64,000 nucleotides of DNA from Thermoplasmata archaeon (GCA_034667685.1 JAXDQU010000124.1:32488-96487); one strand, 5' to 3'. Positions 37,210-46,230 are shown, numbered from the stretch's first letter. The notes: a model not told the origin generated them from the sequence alone. Made by a program: numbers and translations.

Positions 37210-38088
37210 ATGAGGCAGATCGTCGACGCGGCGCGCGCGCAGGGCTCGCTCGCGGTGGATCCCAAGAGCGAGGGCGCGGAAGGCTGGGGCGAGCGCGCGC
37301 TCGCATGGGACGAGGACCTGACCACGCTCGCCATCGCGGCCGCTTCGGCCGTTCGACATCACGACGCGAAGCTCGTCCTGGCCTCGCCCAAGCTCGACGC
37401 CGAGACGATCCGCGTCGCGCTTGATATCAAGGCGCCCGTGCGCAGCGTGGCGGACCCGATGTCGGCCGCCGCGGACCACGACGTCCCGACGCTGCTCCTG
37501 GGCGGCCAGGAAGCCTGGGCCGTGGCGTGCCTCGTCGAGGGCCCGAAGGGCGCGGTGGAGCAGGGCGGATCGCCGAAGGACGTCGGCCCCGCGCCACGCG
37601 TCGTCTCGGCCGCCCGCGCCCTGGCCGAGTCGCGCCGCGTGCCGCCCGCCGAGCCGATCCCCGACGTGCCGATGGGCGCCTACGTCCCGGCCGGCACGTG
37701 GACCGAGGACCTGCCCGCGCGCCTCCGGCTCATCGCGCAGCGCTGCGTGGCGTGCGGCAAGACGCTCTACCCGCCGCGCGGCGCGTGCCCCGCGTGCCGT
37801 GGGCGAGCGTTCACCGAGATGGCGCTTCCGCGCGAGGCGGAGCTGTACGCCGCGACGCGCATCGGCCGTGGCGGCGCGCCCAGCGAGTTCGCGCTGGAGC
37901 AGGCGCAGACGGGCGCGTACTGGGTCGCGGTCGTGGATTGGCCCGGCGTCGGCGTGCGCCTCACCGCGCGCCTCGCGGACGTGGACGAGCGCGCGCCCGC
38001 AATCGGGGCGAAGCTCGTGCCGGTCGTGCGGCGGCTCTTCGATCAGGAAGGCAAGACGCGCTACGGGCTGAAGTTCCGGGCTGCGTGA
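37210..38088 (+). CDS. DUF35 Zn-ribbon/OB-fold protein with a degenerate HMG-CoA-synthase-like N-terminus
   Basis: N-terminal ER...DEDLTTLA..AA; MGAYV; CVACG..YPPR..CPAC; OB fold ending RYGLKF. Confidence 0.85.
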   Translation: MRQIVDAARAQGSLAVDPKSEGAEGWGERALAWDEDLTTLAIAAASAVRHHDAKLVLASPKLDAETIRVALDIKAPVRSVADPMSAAADHDVPTLLLGGQEAWAVACLVEGPKGAVEQGGSPKDVGPAPRVVSAARALAESRRVPPAEPIPDVPMGAYVPAGTWTEDLPARLRLIAQRCVACGKTLYPPRGACPACRGRAFTEMALPREAELYAATRIGRGGAPSEFALEQAQTGAYWVAVVDWPGVGVRLTARLADVDERAPAIGAKLVPVVRRLFDQEGKTRYGLKFRAA

Positions 38089-38178
38089 CCCGAGAGAAAA
38101 ACCCGAGAACCCGCGGACCCGGAAACCCGCCTCTCAACCCTGGTTCGTCAGGTCCGCGGGTTCTCTCCGGGGTCACGC
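38083..38178. repeat. Hairpin between convergent genes, built from 8-nt (ACCCGNNN) units; possible terminator
   Basis: GAGAACCCGCGGACC (38105-38119) pairs with GGTCCGCGGGTTCTC (38151-38165); outer GCGTGACCC/GGGTCACGC. Confidence 0.75.
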
Positions 38179-38487
38179 CTTCCGCGCGTCCATCGCCATC
38201 TTGCCCACGCCCAGGGCGAACGCCACGAGCGCCGCGACGAGCACGACGTGGATGAGCAGGTGGTCGTACGCGTCGTCGGAGACGTCCATGCCGATCCACG
38301 CGAGCGGGTAGTCGTTGAGGACGTGCAGGCCCTGGCCGACCACGAGGATCCAGGTGCCGGTGCCCAGCGCGGGGGCGAGCGCGGAGCCGCGCACGCGCAT
38401 CAGCAGCCAGATCGAGGCCGCGAAGCCCAGGAGGTTGGCGAAGCTGATGTACGGAGCCAGCGACTCCGCGACCGACGAGACAGCCAT
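38173..38487 (-). CDS. Small three-TM membrane protein
   Basis: Three hydrophobic helices with His residues (GLHVL, DHLLIH). Confidence 0.7.
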   Translation of the reverse strand: MAVSSVAESLAPYISFANLLGFAASIWLLMRVRGSALAPALGTGTWILVVGQGLHVLNDYPLAWIGMDVSDDAYDHLLIHVVLVAALVAFALGVGKMAMDARKA

Positions 38488-38520
38488 CGCGCGGGCAGGG
38501 CGGCCCGGCCGCTTGAAGGC

Positions 38521-39159
38521 CTAGCTTCCGAAGCGCTTGATGAGCTCCTCGTAGAGCGCGTCGAGGTTCTGGCCCGTCTTGGCCGAAACGCCGACCACGG
38601 GGTGACGCTGGAACATCTTCTGGATGCGTCCCGCGTCGGCGTTGGGCAGGTCGATCTTGTTCGCGATGACGAGCATCGGGAGCTTGCGCGACTGCACGTG
38701 CGTCAGGAGCACCTGGTTGACCTGGCTGTAGGGGTCGGCCGCGGCGTCGAGGACGAGCAGCATCGCGTCGAGGCTCTGGAGCATCTCGATGGCCTCGAGG
38801 ATGCCCTGCGTCGCCTCCTGCGCGCGCTTGGCGGCGGCGTCCGGGTCCATGTTGTACATCAGCTCGAAGTCGAGCGGATTGACGCGGTTGGCGAGGCCCG
38901 GCGTGTCCATGACGTCCACGATGAGCCTGCCTTGCGGGCTCTCCATGACGATCTCCTGCTTGGTGAGGACGCGGCGCGTCTCGTGGGGGATCTCGCTGAC
39001 CTCGCCCATGACCTGGCCCGTGTAGTCGCGCGCCATGGCGTTGGCGAGCGTCGTCTTGCCCGCGTTGGGCGAGCCGTAGATGCCCAGCTTGAAGCCGCTC
39101 TTCTTCTTGCCGAAGAGGCGCTTGAGGCTGAAGCGCTTGAGGAAGCTCCCGAGGCCCAC
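38521..39159 (-). CDS. Era-like GTP-binding protein (OapA-like)
   Basis: GIYGSPNAGKTT, PHETR, DTPG, NKID and VSAKTG (G1-G5). Confidence 0.9.
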   Translation of the reverse strand: MGLGSFLKRFSLKRLFGKKKSGFKLGIYGSPNAGKTTLANAMARDYTGQVMGEVSEIPHETRRVLTKQEIVMESPQGRLIVDVMDTPGLANRVNPLDFELMYNMDPDAAAKRAQEATQGILEAIEMLQSLDAMLLVLDAAADPYSQVNQVLLTHVQSRKLPMLVIANKIDLPNADAGRIQKMFQRHPVVGVSAKTGQNLDALYEELIKRFGS

Positions 39160-39161
39160 GG

Positions 39162-39719
39162 TCAGAACCTCGTGGCGGCCACGTAGAGCAGGACGAGAAG
39201 GACGAGCACGCCGCCGGCCGCGAGCCAGCCCGCGGCGCCTTCGCCGAACGTGAACGTGAAGAAGCCGACGGGCTTGACGGGCACGAGCTCCAGCATGTCG
39301 TGGTACTCGTGGCCGCAGTGGCGGCAGCGGATGTGGTGCCCCTCGGCCCACACGTCCATCGTCTCGCACGCCGTGCAGAGGACCTTGAGGTGGCGCGCCG
39401 ACGAGGGCGAGGAAGAGGGCGAGGGGGTGCGGGTGATGGGGACGGATTGGGGCTGAGGCTGGGGCTGAGGCTGGGGCTGGGGCTGAGGCTGAGGCTGGGG
39501 AATGGCGCGCGGCTGCACCATCGCGGCGGGGCCGGCGGAGGCGGCCTTGCCTTCGAGCTGGAGCCAGACGCGGGCGAACTCGCGGCGCAGGCGGTCGCGG
39601 CGCGTGGCGTCGTTGCCCATCCAGGCGTGGATGCGCTCCTGCGCGGCGAAGCCCTCGAAGGCCTCGTTCTCGCTCACGCCCGGATGCTCGCGGATGTAGT
39701 CCTCGATGACCTCGCTCAC
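39162..39719 (-). CDS. Zn-ribbon membrane protein with a (PQ)n linker
   Basis: PQPQPQ linker, CTAC...CRHC and a C-terminal TM. Confidence 0.75.
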   Translation of the reverse strand: MSEVIEDYIREHPGVSENEAFEGFAAQERIHAWMGNDATRRDRLRREFARVWLQLEGKAASAGPAAMVQPRAIPQPQPQPQPQPQPQPQPQSVPITRTPSPSSSPSSARHLKVLCTACETMDVWAEGHHIRCRHCGHEYHDMLELVPVKPVGFFTFTFGEGAAGWLAAGGVLVLLVLLYVAATRF

Positions 39720-39722
39720 GGC

Positions 39723-40004
39723 TCAGCCCCCGACGCGGCGACCGCTCGCGCCAAGGACGCGGAAGCCGATCCAGCAGAGCGCGGCGGTCCCGAGGGCGCC
39801 CTCGGCGATCGCGATGACGAAGAGCCGGTCGCGCTCGAGCACCGGCTGGCCCGCCGTCGCGGTCGCGGCGGAGTAGCCCAGCTTGTACATCAGCACCATC
39901 AGCGAGAAGCCCACGACGGCGAGCACGAGCATGGCCGTCACGTCGACGAGACGCGCGCGGGCCTCCACGCGTTGCTTGTCCAGGACCTTGACCGCCGTCG
40001 CCAT
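39723..40004 (-). CDS. Small two-TM membrane protein
   Basis: Two hydrophobic helices; first gene of an apparent three-gene operon with the GTPase. Confidence 0.7.
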   Translation of the reverse strand: MATAVKVLDKQRVEARARLVDVTAMLVLAVVGFSLMVLMYKLGYSAATATAGQPVLERDRLFVIAIAEGALGTAALCWIGFRVLGASGRRVGG

Positions 40005-40128
40005 TCGCCCCTCGACGCACGCTGGCGCGCCAAGAACCTTTTGAAAGTGGAAGGCCGGACGCTCCGGCGTTTCCCGACCGCCGATCCCGCATGGATTGAT
40101 AAGGCACGGCCGACGGACAAGCAAGCGG

Positions 40129-41727
40129 ATGGCGGGTCAGAGCGACGAGGATCTCGACGGGCTGCTCACGCGCCTGGATCGAGAGCTGGCGACCCGGCCC
40201 TCCGCCGCGGCGCGCGGCGTCCCCGTCCACGTCGCGGCGGCCCGCGGCCCTCCCCGCGTCCTGGAGGAGGCCGAGCTGGGCGCGGCGCGCGTCCGCGTCG
40301 TGGAGGACCCGGAGACGCGCGCGCTGACCTACGAGGTCGCCGAGCCCGCGCTGACGTCCGAGGAGCGCGGCGTGCTATCGTTCCTGGAGGAGACGCTCGC
40401 CGCCACGATCGAAGGGTATCCGGGCGCGGAGGACGATGCATCCAAGCGCGCGTTCCTCGAGGCGCGCGTCGAGGGCATCCTGCGCGAGTACCGCGTCAGG
40501 CTGGAGCCCGCGACGCGCGTCCGGCTCCTCTACTTCGTCGAGCGCGACTTCCTCGGCTTCGGGCCCGTGGACGTGCTCATGCGCGACCCCTCGCTGGAGG
40601 ACGTCTCGTGCGACGGGCCGGGCATCCCGATCTACGTCTTCCACCGGCGCCACGGCAGCCTGCGCACGACGATCCAGTTCGCCGACGACAAGACGCTCGA
40701 CGGCTTCATCGTCCGCATGGCGCAGAGCGCGGGCAAGCACATCTCGGTGGCGAGCCCGATGCTCGACGCGACGCTGCCCGACCGCTCGCGCTTGCAAGCC
40801 ACGCTCGCCCGCGAGATCACGCCGCGCGGCAGCAGCTTCACCATCCGCAGGTTCCGCGACAAGCCCGTCAGCCCAACGGAATTGCTATCGTGGGGCACCG
40901 TGAGCCCCGTCATCGCGGCGTTCTACTGGCTGCTCATGGAGGAGGGGCGCTCGCACATCCTCGCGGGCGGCACCGCCTCGGGCAAGACGACCTCGCTCAA
41001 CGCGTGGAGCCTCTTCATCCCGCAGGAGAAGAAGATCGTCTCGATCGAGGACACGCGCGAGATCAACATCCCGCACGAGAACTGGATCGCGGGCGTCGCG
41101 CGGCAGGGCTTCGGCGAGACTGGCGCGAGCGGCAAGGCCGCCGGAACGATCGACACGTTCAAACTTCTTGAGGCCGCGCTGCGCCAGCGCCCCGAGTACA
41201 TCCTGGTGGGCGAGGTGCGCGGCGCCGAAGCCTCGACGCTCTTCCAGGCGATGGCGACGGGGCATGCGACGTACGCCACGATGCACGCGGACAGCGCGTA
41301 CAGCGCGGTGCGCAGGCTGGAGAACGCGCCCATCGGCGTGCCGCGCATCATGATCGCCTCGCTGGACTGCCTGTCGGTCCAGTTCCAGACGCGCGTCGGG
41401 GGCCGCGCCGTGCGCCGCGTCAAGGAGGTGGTCGAGATGCTCGGCATCGACAACGAGTCGGGCGAGCTGCTCACCAACACGCTCTTCCGCTGGGACCCGC
41501 GCGCCGACAAGTGGGTCCACGGCCTCAAGTCGTACATCGTCGAGCGCATCGCCGAGGCGCACGGCCAGAGCGTCGGCGAGGTCAACCAGGAGTGGCACCG
41601 CCGCGCGCTCTTCCTGGATGCCCTGCAAAAGCAGGGCATCCTTGACTACCGCGAGGTCGCGCGCGCCGTGCAGACCTACCGCTCCTTCCCCGAGGAGACG
41701 TACGCGCGGGTGGTGGGCGGCGCGTGA
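40129..41727 (+). CDS. Type II/IV secretion system ATPase (TadA/PilB/ArlI family)
   Basis: EDVSCDG, GGTASGKT, SIEDTRE, LRQRPEYILVGEVRG and TGH...TMHA. Confidence 0.95.
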   Translation: MAGQSDEDLDGLLTRLDRELATRPSAAARGVPVHVAAARGPPRVLEEAELGAARVRVVEDPETRALTYEVAEPALTSEERGVLSFLEETLAATIEGYPGAEDDASKRAFLEARVEGILREYRVRLEPATRVRLLYFVERDFLGFGPVDVLMRDPSLEDVSCDGPGIPIYVFHRRHGSLRTTIQFADDKTLDGFIVRMAQSAGKHISVASPMLDATLPDRSRLQATLAREITPRGSSFTIRRFRDKPVSPTELLSWGTVSPVIAAFYWLLMEEGRSHILAGGTASGKTTSLNAWSLFIPQEKKIVSIEDTREINIPHENWIAGVARQGFGETGASGKAAGTIDTFKLLEAALRQRPEYILVGEVRGAEASTLFQAMATGHATYATMHADSAYSAVRRLENAPIGVPRIMIASLDCLSVQFQTRVGGRAVRRVKEVVEMLGIDNESGELLTNTLFRWDPRADKWVHGLKSYIVERIAEAHGQSVGEVNQEWHRRALFLDALQKQGILDYREVARAVQTYRSFPEETYARVVGGA

Positions 41728-42581
41728 ACGGCTTCGCGCTGGCCGCCTACCGCGCGCTCGGGCCGCAGGCGCGCAAGCGCGCCGACCCCAAGCTCCAGAA
41801 GCTCCTCCAGCAGGCGCACCTGGGCATGCGCGCCGACGCGTTCCTCGCCACGCTCTGGCTGGCGAGCGCTTGCGCAGGCGCGGGCGTCGCGCTCCTGACG
41901 CTGCTGCTCGCGATCGCGCTCCACGCGCCGCTCGCGCTCGTCGTGCTATCACCGCTCGTCCTGGGCCCGCTCGCGGCCGGCTGGGGCGTCGCGCTCGGGC
42001 CCGCGTGGCTCCAGAACCGCGCGAAGGAGGTCGCCCAGGAGATCGACGAGGCGCTGCCCAGCGGCCTCAACCACATGCTCGCGCTCGCCAACGCCGGCAT
42101 GCCGCCCGCGCAGATCTGGGGCAGCCTCGCCCGCGCGGAGGCGTTCGGCGCGCTCGCCCGCGAGGCCGCGCGCATCCACCGCGACCTCGCGCTCTTCAGC
42201 CATGATATCCTGACTGCCCTCCGCGCGGCGCAGGAGCGGACGCCCAGCAAGCGCTTCCACGAGTTCCTCCAGGGCGCGATCAGCAGCTTCCAGAGCGGCG
42301 TCGACCTGGAGGACTACCTCAAGACGCGCGGGCTCCAGTACCAGCACGCCGCGCAGCAGGAGCAGGCCGCCACCATCGACGCGATGGGCGTCATGGCCGA
42401 GGCTTTCCTCGTGGTCGTGGTCGCCGCGCCGCTCTTCCTGATGATCCTGCTCTCCGTGATGGCCGTGAGCCAGGGCAAGGGCATCGTCGCGTACGGGCTC
42501 GCGCTCTCGCTGATCTTCCTGCCGCTCGCCCAGCTCGTCGTGGGCGCGCTGATCCAGGGCATGAACCCCAAGTCGTGGTGA
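41724..42581 (+). CDS. Type II secretion system F domain protein (TadB/TadC/ArlJ-like platform)
   Basis: IDEALP, ERTPSKRF.EFL.G and TMs; GTGA overlap with the ATPase. Confidence 0.9.
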   Translation: MNGFALAAYRALGPQARKRADPKLQKLLQQAHLGMRADAFLATLWLASACAGAGVALLTLLLAIALHAPLALVVLSPLVLGPLAAGWGVALGPAWLQNRAKEVAQEIDEALPSGLNHMLALANAGMPPAQIWGSLARAEAFGALAREAARIHRDLALFSHDILTALRAAQERTPSKRFHEFLQGAISSFQSGVDLEDYLKTRGLQYQHAAQQEQAATIDAMGVMAEAFLVVVVAAPLFLMILLSVMAVSQGKGIVAYGLALSLIFLPLAQLVVGALIQGMNPKSW

Positions 42582-42585
42582 CGTC

Positions 42586-43470
42586 ATGGCGACCGTGACC
42601 TTCGCGCCCCGCAAGCGCTTCGTCCTGGACGGACGCCCGATCGCGATCTCGCTGGGGCTCGCCGCGGGCGCCGCGGTGATGCTATCAGGCGCGCTCACGC
42701 TCGCGGGCCGGATCGGCGCGCGCCCCACGCGCGGCCTCGACCTGATCGCGCTGGGCTTCCTTCTCGCCGCGAGCCCGCTGGCCTTCGTCGTCTGGGCGAA
42801 GCGCCGGCGCGCGAGGGGCATGGACGAGCGCCTGCCCGACTTCCTCACCGACGTCGCGAGCCTGCACAAGGCGGGCCTGCCGCTCCAGGAGAGCGTCACC
42901 GCCGCCGCGGAGGGCAGCTACGGCCCGCTCGACCCGGCCGTCAGGGCGGCCGCCGACCAGGTGCGCTGGAACCTGCCCGTCCTCGCCGTGCTGGAGAACC
43001 TGCGCCGGCGCATCGGCACGCCGCTCGCCACGCGCACCTTCACCGTCGTCATCGAGGCGGGACGAACCGGCGGCAACGTGCCCGAGGTGCTCGAGATCGC
43101 GGCGCAGAACGCGCGCGCCACGGTGCAGATGAAGCAGCAGCGCGCCCGCGCGATGAGCCTCTACACGATCATCACGTACGTCGCGAGCCTCGTCTTCGTG
43201 GGCGTGGCGCTCGCCATGCAGACGGTCTTCGTGCCGCGCATGATCGCCGCGTTCGGCGCCACCGGCTCGGCCGGCCACGGCATCGGCCTCGCCAGCGCCC
43301 TCCCCGACGCCGACAGCTTCCGCACCATGTTCTACGTCGGCGCGCTCGTGCAGGCCGCCGGCAACGGCATCATCGGGGGCGTCATGAGCGAAGGCTCGCC
43401 CGGCGCGGGGCTGCGGCACTCGTGCGTCATGGTCGCCATCTGCGCCGCGGGGTTTGCGATCGTGGGATGA
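42586..43470 (+). CDS. Type II secretion system F domain protein (TadC-like platform)
   Basis: ERLPDFL.D, YG.L, GG.V.EVL, G.MSEGS..AGL.H and TMs. Confidence 0.9.
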   Translation: MATVTFAPRKRFVLDGRPIAISLGLAAGAAVMLSGALTLAGRIGARPTRGLDLIALGFLLAASPLAFVVWAKRRRARGMDERLPDFLTDVASLHKAGLPLQESVTAAAEGSYGPLDPAVRAAADQVRWNLPVLAVLENLRRRIGTPLATRTFTVVIEAGRTGGNVPEVLEIAAQNARATVQMKQQRARAMSLYTIITYVASLVFVGVALAMQTVFVPRMIAAFGATGSAGHGIGLASALPDADSFRTMFYVGALVQAAGNGIIGGVMSEGSPGAGLRHSCVMVAICAAGFAIVG

Positions 43471-43476
43471 CTCCGA

Positions 43477-43978
43477 AGGGAAGACGGGAAGAAGCGAAGA
43501 CGGGAACTGGGGAAGAAGGGCGCGTGCAGCGATTCCCGGAGGAGCTTCATGAGACTCCCGGCAATCCTCTCGCGTGTCGCAAGCGCCGCACGAGTCGCTA
43601 TTCGCCTACAAGCGCGCCCGCGAGGCCGTCCGCTCGTTGCTCCAGGTCTCTGACGCCCTGCCGCCAAGGCGCGGGGACCTCCGCGACCAGATCGACCGGG
43701 CCAGCTTCTCGATCCTTCTGAACTTGGCAGAGGGTGCGGCGGAGATCCGGAAGGCGGAGAAGGCGCGATTCTACCGCATGTCGCGGCGGTCGGCCGCGGA
43801 GTGCCTGGCCGCCCTGGACATCGTCGAGATGCTCGGCATGCAACTCCCGGCGATCGTCACCGCGCGCACAACACTCAACGAGGTGATCGTGCTGACGACG
43901 CTTCTCATTGGGGCCGTCGACGCGCGAAAGTAGCTCCTTCTTCCCCAGTTCCCGTCTTCGCTTCTTCCCGTCTTCCCT
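43477..43978. mobile_element. Four-helix-bundle gene cassette bounded by a perfect 43-bp inverted repeat (mobility inferred)
   Basis: 43477-43519 AGGGAAGACGGGAAGAAGCGAAGACGGGAACTGGGGAAGAAGG is the exact reverse complement of 43936-43978. Confidence 0.6.
43574..43933 (+). CDS. Four helix bundle protein (23S rRNA-IVS / bAvd-like family)
   Basis: LRDQIDRASFSILLNLAEG...KARFY..SRRSAAE signature. Confidence 0.9.
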   Translation: MSQAPHESLFAYKRAREAVRSLLQVSDALPPRRGDLRDQIDRASFSILLNLAEGAAEIRKAEKARFYRMSRRSAAECLAALDIVEMLGMQLPAIVTARTTLNEVIVLTTLLIGAVDARK

Positions 43979-43981
43979 CAG

Positions 43982-44437
43982 TTACCGGAACCGCTCGATG
44001 CCACCCTCTTCGGACTCGATCTCCGAGATGACGGCGCGGATCTTCTCGTGCCGGAGCGGCTTCTCGATGTAGGCGAAGACGCCCGCGCGGATCGCGGCGC
44101 GCACGAGGAGCGAGTCGCGCGGCTCGGAGGTGACGAGCACGATCTTCGCCTGCGGGTCGAGCGCCAGCATCTCGAGGACCATGTCGAGGCCGTCCTCGGG
44201 GCGCTTGCCGACGAACTCCGCGAACACGACGCCGGGGTGGTGGCGCGCGAAGAGCTCCAGCGCCTCGTCGGGGTCGCCGGTCGCCTGGACCTGCGAGGCC
44301 GGCACGGCCTGGCGGTGCAGGATGTCGAGCAGCTTGCGGCGCACGGGCGCGGCGTCGTCGGCGAGCAGGATCGTGCGCAGCCGGAGGCTCACGGTCGTCT
44401 CGAGGGGCGAGTCGCCGCGTCCGATCCCCGGGATCAT
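43982..44437 (-). CDS. Single-domain response regulator (atypical, Asp->Glu at the phosphoacceptor)
   Basis: ILLADD, PGVVFAE, IVLVTS and YIEKP. Confidence 0.85.
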   Translation of the reverse strand: MIPGIGRGDSPLETTVSLRLRTILLADDAAPVRRKLLDILHRQAVPASQVQATGDPDEALELFARHHPGVVFAEFVGKRPEDGLDMVLEMLALDPQAKIVLVTSEPRDSLLVRAAIRAGVFAYIEKPLRHEKIRAVISEIESEEGGIERFR

Positions 44438-44478
44438 CGGGTGCAGCCAGTCGGATGCAGGCATTGAACCCGGCGCTG

Positions 44479-45351
44479 TCACCCGTGGGGGTGAGTCTCG
44501 GCGCGCCCCGGCATCCGGTCGGCGGCGCGGTCCTCCGCCATCTGGATGGCGATCTCCGCGAGGCTGAGGCGGCTGCGGGAGGTCACGGCGAAGCACTCGC
44601 CTCCCCAGCTGAAGTCGACGTCCACGGGAAGGCCGAACGCGGTGCCCTGGGCGGGCTCGACGCTCCCTTCGTCGCGCAGGTGGCGCAACGCGAGCGCGCT
44701 CGCGACGATGCGCGAGGGCTCGTGCCCCGCGGCCTGCGACTCCTCGACGCTGCGGCGGATCGCCCCGCTGAGCGTCCCCGGCTTGAAAGGCCCCACGTGG
44801 GCGCCCGTGGCCGAATGGCCGGCGGCGTGGCTCTCGGGCAGGTGATCCTCCGGACGCTTCACGCCCAGCGCGGCGCGCAGCTCGTTCGCGTGCCGCTGGT
44901 CGATCGAGGCGAGCTGGAGGAACGCGCGACGCAGCTCCTCGTTGGGCGACCGGATGCCCGCCGCGAGGAAGACCTCGGTGCTGCTCTTCTTGAGCTCGAG
45001 CAGGTCCTCCAGGAGCCGGCGGAGCACGTGCTCCGTGACGTCGCGCGCCGCGCCGGTGGATGCCGACTCGTCCCACCTGCGGATCAGGGAAGCGGCCTCC
45101 ATCGCCTCGGCCCGCGTCTCCCGCGCGATCGACTCGTAGATCGCCCTCGTCTCGGGCGTCTCCTCCGCGCCCAGCGCCTGGAACCACGGCGCCACGAAGA
45201 CGCTCTTGTAGAGAAGGAGCGCGCGGAGCATGTCCTGCATCGGCGGGCTGAGCGATCCGATCGCCTCGTCGCCCAGGCCCAGCCAATCCTCCGGGCGCGG
45301 CCCCGGAGGCGGATCGAACGGCTCGCGGGATCCCAAGGGCGCGGGCGGCAT
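44479..45351 (-). CDS. Ferritin-like four-helix domain fused to a putative encapsulin A-domain-like (DUF1884-like) C-terminus
   Basis: [17 protein letters not shown] (rubrerythrin/ferritin-like). The C-terminal [17 protein letters not shown]...FGLPVDV resembles family-4 encapsulins by eye. Alternative start at 45378. Confidence 0.6.
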   Translation of the reverse strand: MPPAPLGSREPFDPPPGPRPEDWLGLGDEAIGSLSPPMQDMLRALLLYKSVFVAPWFQALGAEETPETRAIYESIARETRAEAMEAASLIRRWDESASTGAARDVTEHVLRRLLEDLLELKKSSTEVFLAAGIRSPNEELRRAFLQLASIDQRHANELRAALGVKRPEDHLPESHAAGHSATGAHVGPFKPGTLSGAIRRSVEESQAAGHEPSRIVASALALRHLRDEGSVEPAQGTAFGLPVDVDFSWGGECFAVTSRSRLSLAEIAIQMAEDRAADRMPGRAETHPHG

Positions 45352-45460
45352 GGCCCCCGGGCAGGAATCCCCCTGCATGACGTTGTTGACCCAGCGGTCG
45401 GAACCGATCGCCCGAAGCGGGCATGCAAACAGCGACGACCGTCGGATCGTTCGGTCGTCA

Positions 45461-45919
45461 TCAGCGGAATCTTTCGATCCCGCCCTCTTCGGACTCCAGC
45501 TCCGTCATGAGCTGGCGGATCTTGTCGTGCCGGAGGGGCTTCTCCAGGTGCGCGAAGACGCCGGCCCGGATGGCGGCGCGGACCTCGGGCGCGTCGCGCG
45601 GCTCGGAGGTCAGGAGGACGATCTTGCAGGCCGGCGCCATCTCCAGCATGGCGTGGATCATGTCCAGCCCCTCGTCGGGATGGACGCCGATGAACTCGGT
45701 GAAGACGAGCCGCGGCGTCTCCTTGCGGAAAAGGGCGAGCGCCTCCTCGGGCGTCTCCGCCATCGCGACGTCGGACTCCGGCACGCCCAGCTTGCCCAGG
45801 ATCTCCTGGAGGCCCCGCCGCACGGGGAGCGCCTCGTCGAGCACCAGCACCAGACGCGCGGCCTGGACCGGCGGCCCAGCGGGCTGGCCGGAGCGGTCCG
45901 CGCCGAAGGCCGGGATCAC
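45461..45919 (-). CDS. Single-domain response regulator (atypical, Asp->Glu), paralog of 43982-44437
   Basis: VLVLDE, PRLVFTE, IVLLTS and HLEKP; same [11 protein letters not shown] end; TTATA about 25 nt upstream of the GTG. Confidence 0.85.
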   Translation of the reverse strand: MIPAFGADRSGQPAGPPVQAARLVLVLDEALPVRRGLQEILGKLGVPESDVAMAETPEEALALFRKETPRLVFTEFIGVHPDEGLDMIHAMLEMAPACKIVLLTSEPRDAPEVRAAIRAGVFAHLEKPLRHDKIRQLMTELESEEGGIERFR

Positions 45920-45966
45920 GCTCCGGGCTTGCCGGCCCCCGGTATAAGAGGATTCGGCCAAGGCAC

Positions 45967-46230
45967 TCAGCGCCGCGCGGGGCGGAAGGCCACGAGCAGC
46001 ACGAGGCCCGACATCGCGCCCAGGATCGCCAGCGCCAGGAACGGCGCGGCCGGGACGCCGCCCGCGCTGCCCGCCGTCGCGGGCTGGAGCGCGTCGCGCG
46101 CGTGCGCGAACGCCAGGGGGGCGGCGAGCAGGACGCCGACGCAGAGCGCGGCGAGGGCGGGGCGGAGCACGCGGGCGAGCACGGGCCCCCCGTTCGCGGC
46201 ACCGGCATATGGCGCCTGCGCTGGGGACAC
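45967..46230 (-). CDS. Small membrane protein
   Basis: Two hydrophobic segments; start uncertain. Confidence 0.5.
   Translation of the reverse strand: MSPAQAPYAGAANGGPVLARVLRPALAALCVGVLLAAPLAFAHARDALQPATAGSAGGVPAAPFLALAILGAMSGLVLLVAFRPARR

Noticed and set aside
39447-39500. (GGCTGA/GGCTGG)n hexamer array as another intergenic hairpin
   Set aside because: It lies in frame within a CDS, encodes the PQ linker and has no complementary arm.
38521-40128. Replication origin next to the OapA-like GTPase
   Set aside because: No cdc6/orc1 gene, ORB repeats or AT-rich unwinding element is visible.
43477-43978. Classical IS element or diversity-generating retroelement
   Set aside because: There is no transposase, target-site duplication, reverse transcriptase or TR/VR pair in the window. 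It is kept only as an unexplained inverted-repeat cassette.
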